A stretch of 64,000 nucleotides of DNA from Geosiphon pyriformis uo1 (lineage: Eukaryota; Fungi; Glomeromycota), in NCBI GenBank assembly GCA_016748015.1, contig JAAOMT010000295.1, positions 558,001 through 622,000 on the forward strand, written 5' to 3'. The notes under the pieces were generated by a model that saw only the letters and a list, made by a program, of their open reading frames with translations, ran no database searches and had not been told where the DNA came from. Within the stretch, counting starts at the first letter, position 1; each line of letters opens with the position of its first letter. A program made the position numbers and the translations under genes. This document shows positions 62,124 to 64,000 of the stretch, one piece after another.

Positions 62124-64000
62124 TGAGATGGAGGAAAAGCCAACGAACCCGATCCAGAACGCAGATGATCCAATCTATCCAAGACCGAGCGAACTGAAGC
62201 CTTAAGAGCCATCATATTCGATTCCAAACTGCCAATCTTGGCAGTCAAAACCTTAGAACTGCTCAGACTGAAATCAACAACCGACCCACCAACCTTGGGA
62301 GAAGAAGAGGCAGACGACAACAACATGCCATCCAACTCCAAACCTGGGTCCATATCTGAAACAACGGCAGTTGGAGACACCAAAGGAAGAGCTGAGAGAG
62401 AAAACGCCAATGGCACCAAGTCAATGAAACTTAACTTCTTTAAAATAAGTGAGACTTGGTCTGAGAGAATTTCTACGGAACGTTCCAGCACAGCTAGGCG
62501 ACCACCTAGATCAGCAGCACCAGACGAGGAGGAATCCATTGAGAAAGCCATCGAACCAGAGACCAAACTGACACCAGGAGCACCTGAAGAGACAATGCGA
62601 GAGGGGGAACTGCCTGCCACTTGGGCCCACGTCTTCCCACCAAAAGAAACTGGACGAGTGACAGGGGCCGACTTCTTCTTATATATCCCAGCTAGACGAA
62701 CCCGATCTTGCTCAGAAACCACCCTTCTTCTTCGAACATCAGAATACACACCCAAGGAACAATTGACCGAAACATGACCAAATTGTTTACAACAAGCACA
62801 ACTGGCCAAAGAAAGACCAGCCCAACGCAAACTCACATTCCTGAAAACTGGAATGGTACCAATAGCAGCCAATTTGGATGCCTCATCACCAAAACAAATT
62901 ACAGCACATCTATCATGAACATATGAACTAGGGTTACAGCCGATATAACAAGTCTTCCCACCATATGATTCCAACAAATTGGAGAGGTCATAAGCATTAG
63001 TGCCAACTGGAAGAGTATAAAGTAAAGCCCGATGCTGATCCCTCGATACCCACGTTTGTTTATCAATATTTGCTTTTGCCATTCGGACCGAATCCTTTCC
63101 CATGAGCACAGACCATCTAGCTGCGACCAAATCAGCCATTTCAGATGATTCATATTCTACCAGGGCCTTTTGCCAAAGACCAATAAGCTGCACTTTAATT
63201 GAAACAATCTTGCCAAACTTGGAGAACACTGCCTCAATTGCCAATTTGGGAAGATCTACTGGGATTTCCCTGACAATCACCTCCCGATCCGAATGGCTGT
63301 TTATTTTTCTTAGATCATCATTTACCAAAATTTTTTTACTGATCGCCATTTCCCTCGCCTTAATCAAACTTTTTTCAGATGTAAATGATGACCTAATTAT
63401 TCCAGGAAATTTTGAGGGAGTCGAAGCCCCCCCAAAACCATCAACTTGATAAAAAATTTTTTTCACACAAACCAACTTATCACCAATAGTTTTGCCAGAA
63501 ACGGCAGATAGCTCAATATCCAATGCAAACAATTTCGACGAATTAAAACTCCATTTCTCCGGAGCATGTAACCCGACTGGAGGAAGGCTATTGGACCCAC
63601 AAAATTCAGGACTCGGAAGAGGCAAAGTGTCTTCACCATCACTTAGACCGTTGAAAGAGAGAGGTGGCGGCTTACTGTTCAGAATATAGGTGCGGGTATG
63701 CGTTTTCCTTGGTGTGGCATCGTTCATGTTGTCGTCCAAACCCGAAACATCCAACTCTGCATAGCTAGTTTCTTCAGTGACGACGTTTTCCAAGTTATCC
63801 AAGTCTGAAATGCCACTTATGCTGTCCACTTTGCTGTTGACCTCGCTAGCCCATGATTGCCCAATGTTAGGTCCATCACCACTTTCATCTATAACGTTCG
63901 AGACACCAGCAGACGACTCCACCAAACCGCCAACCACCACAGGTTTCTTCGGCTTCTTATAGGATGCACCGCGAGATTGAGGACCAACCGAACGCTTATT
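62120..64000 (-). CDS. LINE ORF1 (over 626 aa, open to the window edge): RRM-like domains, CCHC knuckle, coiled coil
   Basis: VIVREIPVDL..VFSKFGKIVSI..ALVEY (RRM-like), CACCKQFGHVSVNC; frame open upstream of 63940; overlaps ORF2 by ATGA. Confidence 0.85.
   Translation of the reverse strand, partial: NKRSVGPQSRGASYKKPKKPVVVGGLVESSAGVSNVIDESGDGPNIGQSWASEVNSKVDSISGISDLDNLENVVTEETSYAELDVSGLDDNMNDATPRKTHTRTYILNSKPPPLSFNGLSDGEDTLPLPSPEFCGSNSLPPVGLHAPEKWSFNSSKLFALDIELSAVSGKTIGDKLVCVKKIFYQVDGFGGASTPSKFPGIIRSSFTSEKSLIKAREMAISKKILVNDDLRKINSHSDREVIVREIPVDLPKLAIEAVFSKFGKIVSIKVQLIGLWQKALVEYESSEMADLVAARWSVLMGKDSVRMAKANIDKQTWVSRDQHRALLYTLPVGTNAYDLSNLLESYGGKTCYIGCNPSSYVHDRCAVICFGDEASKLAAIGTIPVFRNVSLRWAGLSLASCACCKQFGHVSVNCSLGVYSDVRRRRVVSEQDRVRLAGIYKKKSAPVTRPVSFGGKTWAQVAGSSPSRIVSSGAPGVSLVSGSMAFSMDSSSSGAADLGGRLAVLERSVEILSDQVSLILKKLSFIDLVPLAFSLSALPLVSPTAVVSDMDPGLELDGMLLSSASSSPKVGGSVVDFSLSSSKVLTAKIGSLESNMMALKASVRSVLDRLDHLRSGSGSLAFPPSQ

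Larger units (their letters stand above)
57001..64000 (-). mobile_element. Non-LTR retrotransposon (LINE) with APE, RT, RNase H and zinc finger; 5' end beyond the window
   Basis: Poly(A) tail (T10 at 57001-57010) merged with AATAAA, two ORFs, higher GC and retained CpG. Confidence 0.93.

Overview
No host genes are recognisable: the whole 64 kb is a nested pile of transposable elements from an AT-rich eukaryote. It is probably an early-diverging fungus; the proteins remind me of Glomeromycotina/Geosiphon repeats, which is recollection and unverified. Using LTR pairs, 4-bp target-site duplications (TSDs) and re-joining of interrupted ORFs, I resolve ten Ty3/Gypsy LTR retrotransposon copies or fragments (labelled J, I, H, A1, G, F, D, C, A2, B) and one younger RNase-H-bearing LINE. 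Nesting order is J > I > H > {A1, LINE, G > {F, D > C > A2 > B}}, eight levels deep. All Gypsy copies are decayed by C>T/G>A transitions. The main surprise is their shared, non-standard gene organisation. (1) Pol stops just after RNase H, and the integrase is a separate downstream ORF after a short A/C-rich spacer in all 6 copies that span the junction (its ATG is intact in 5). (2) A further ~210-218 aa soluble ORF (ORF3) sits at the env position in three divergent families. (3) Gag of B, C and F appears to start at GUG. (4) Family A has an in-phase U-UUA-AAC -1 frameshift site, while B reads Gag-to-protease in one frame. (5) B, C and D carry a Cys-rich domain plus a dUTPase between protease and RT. 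Coordinates were counted by hand and may be off by a few bases.
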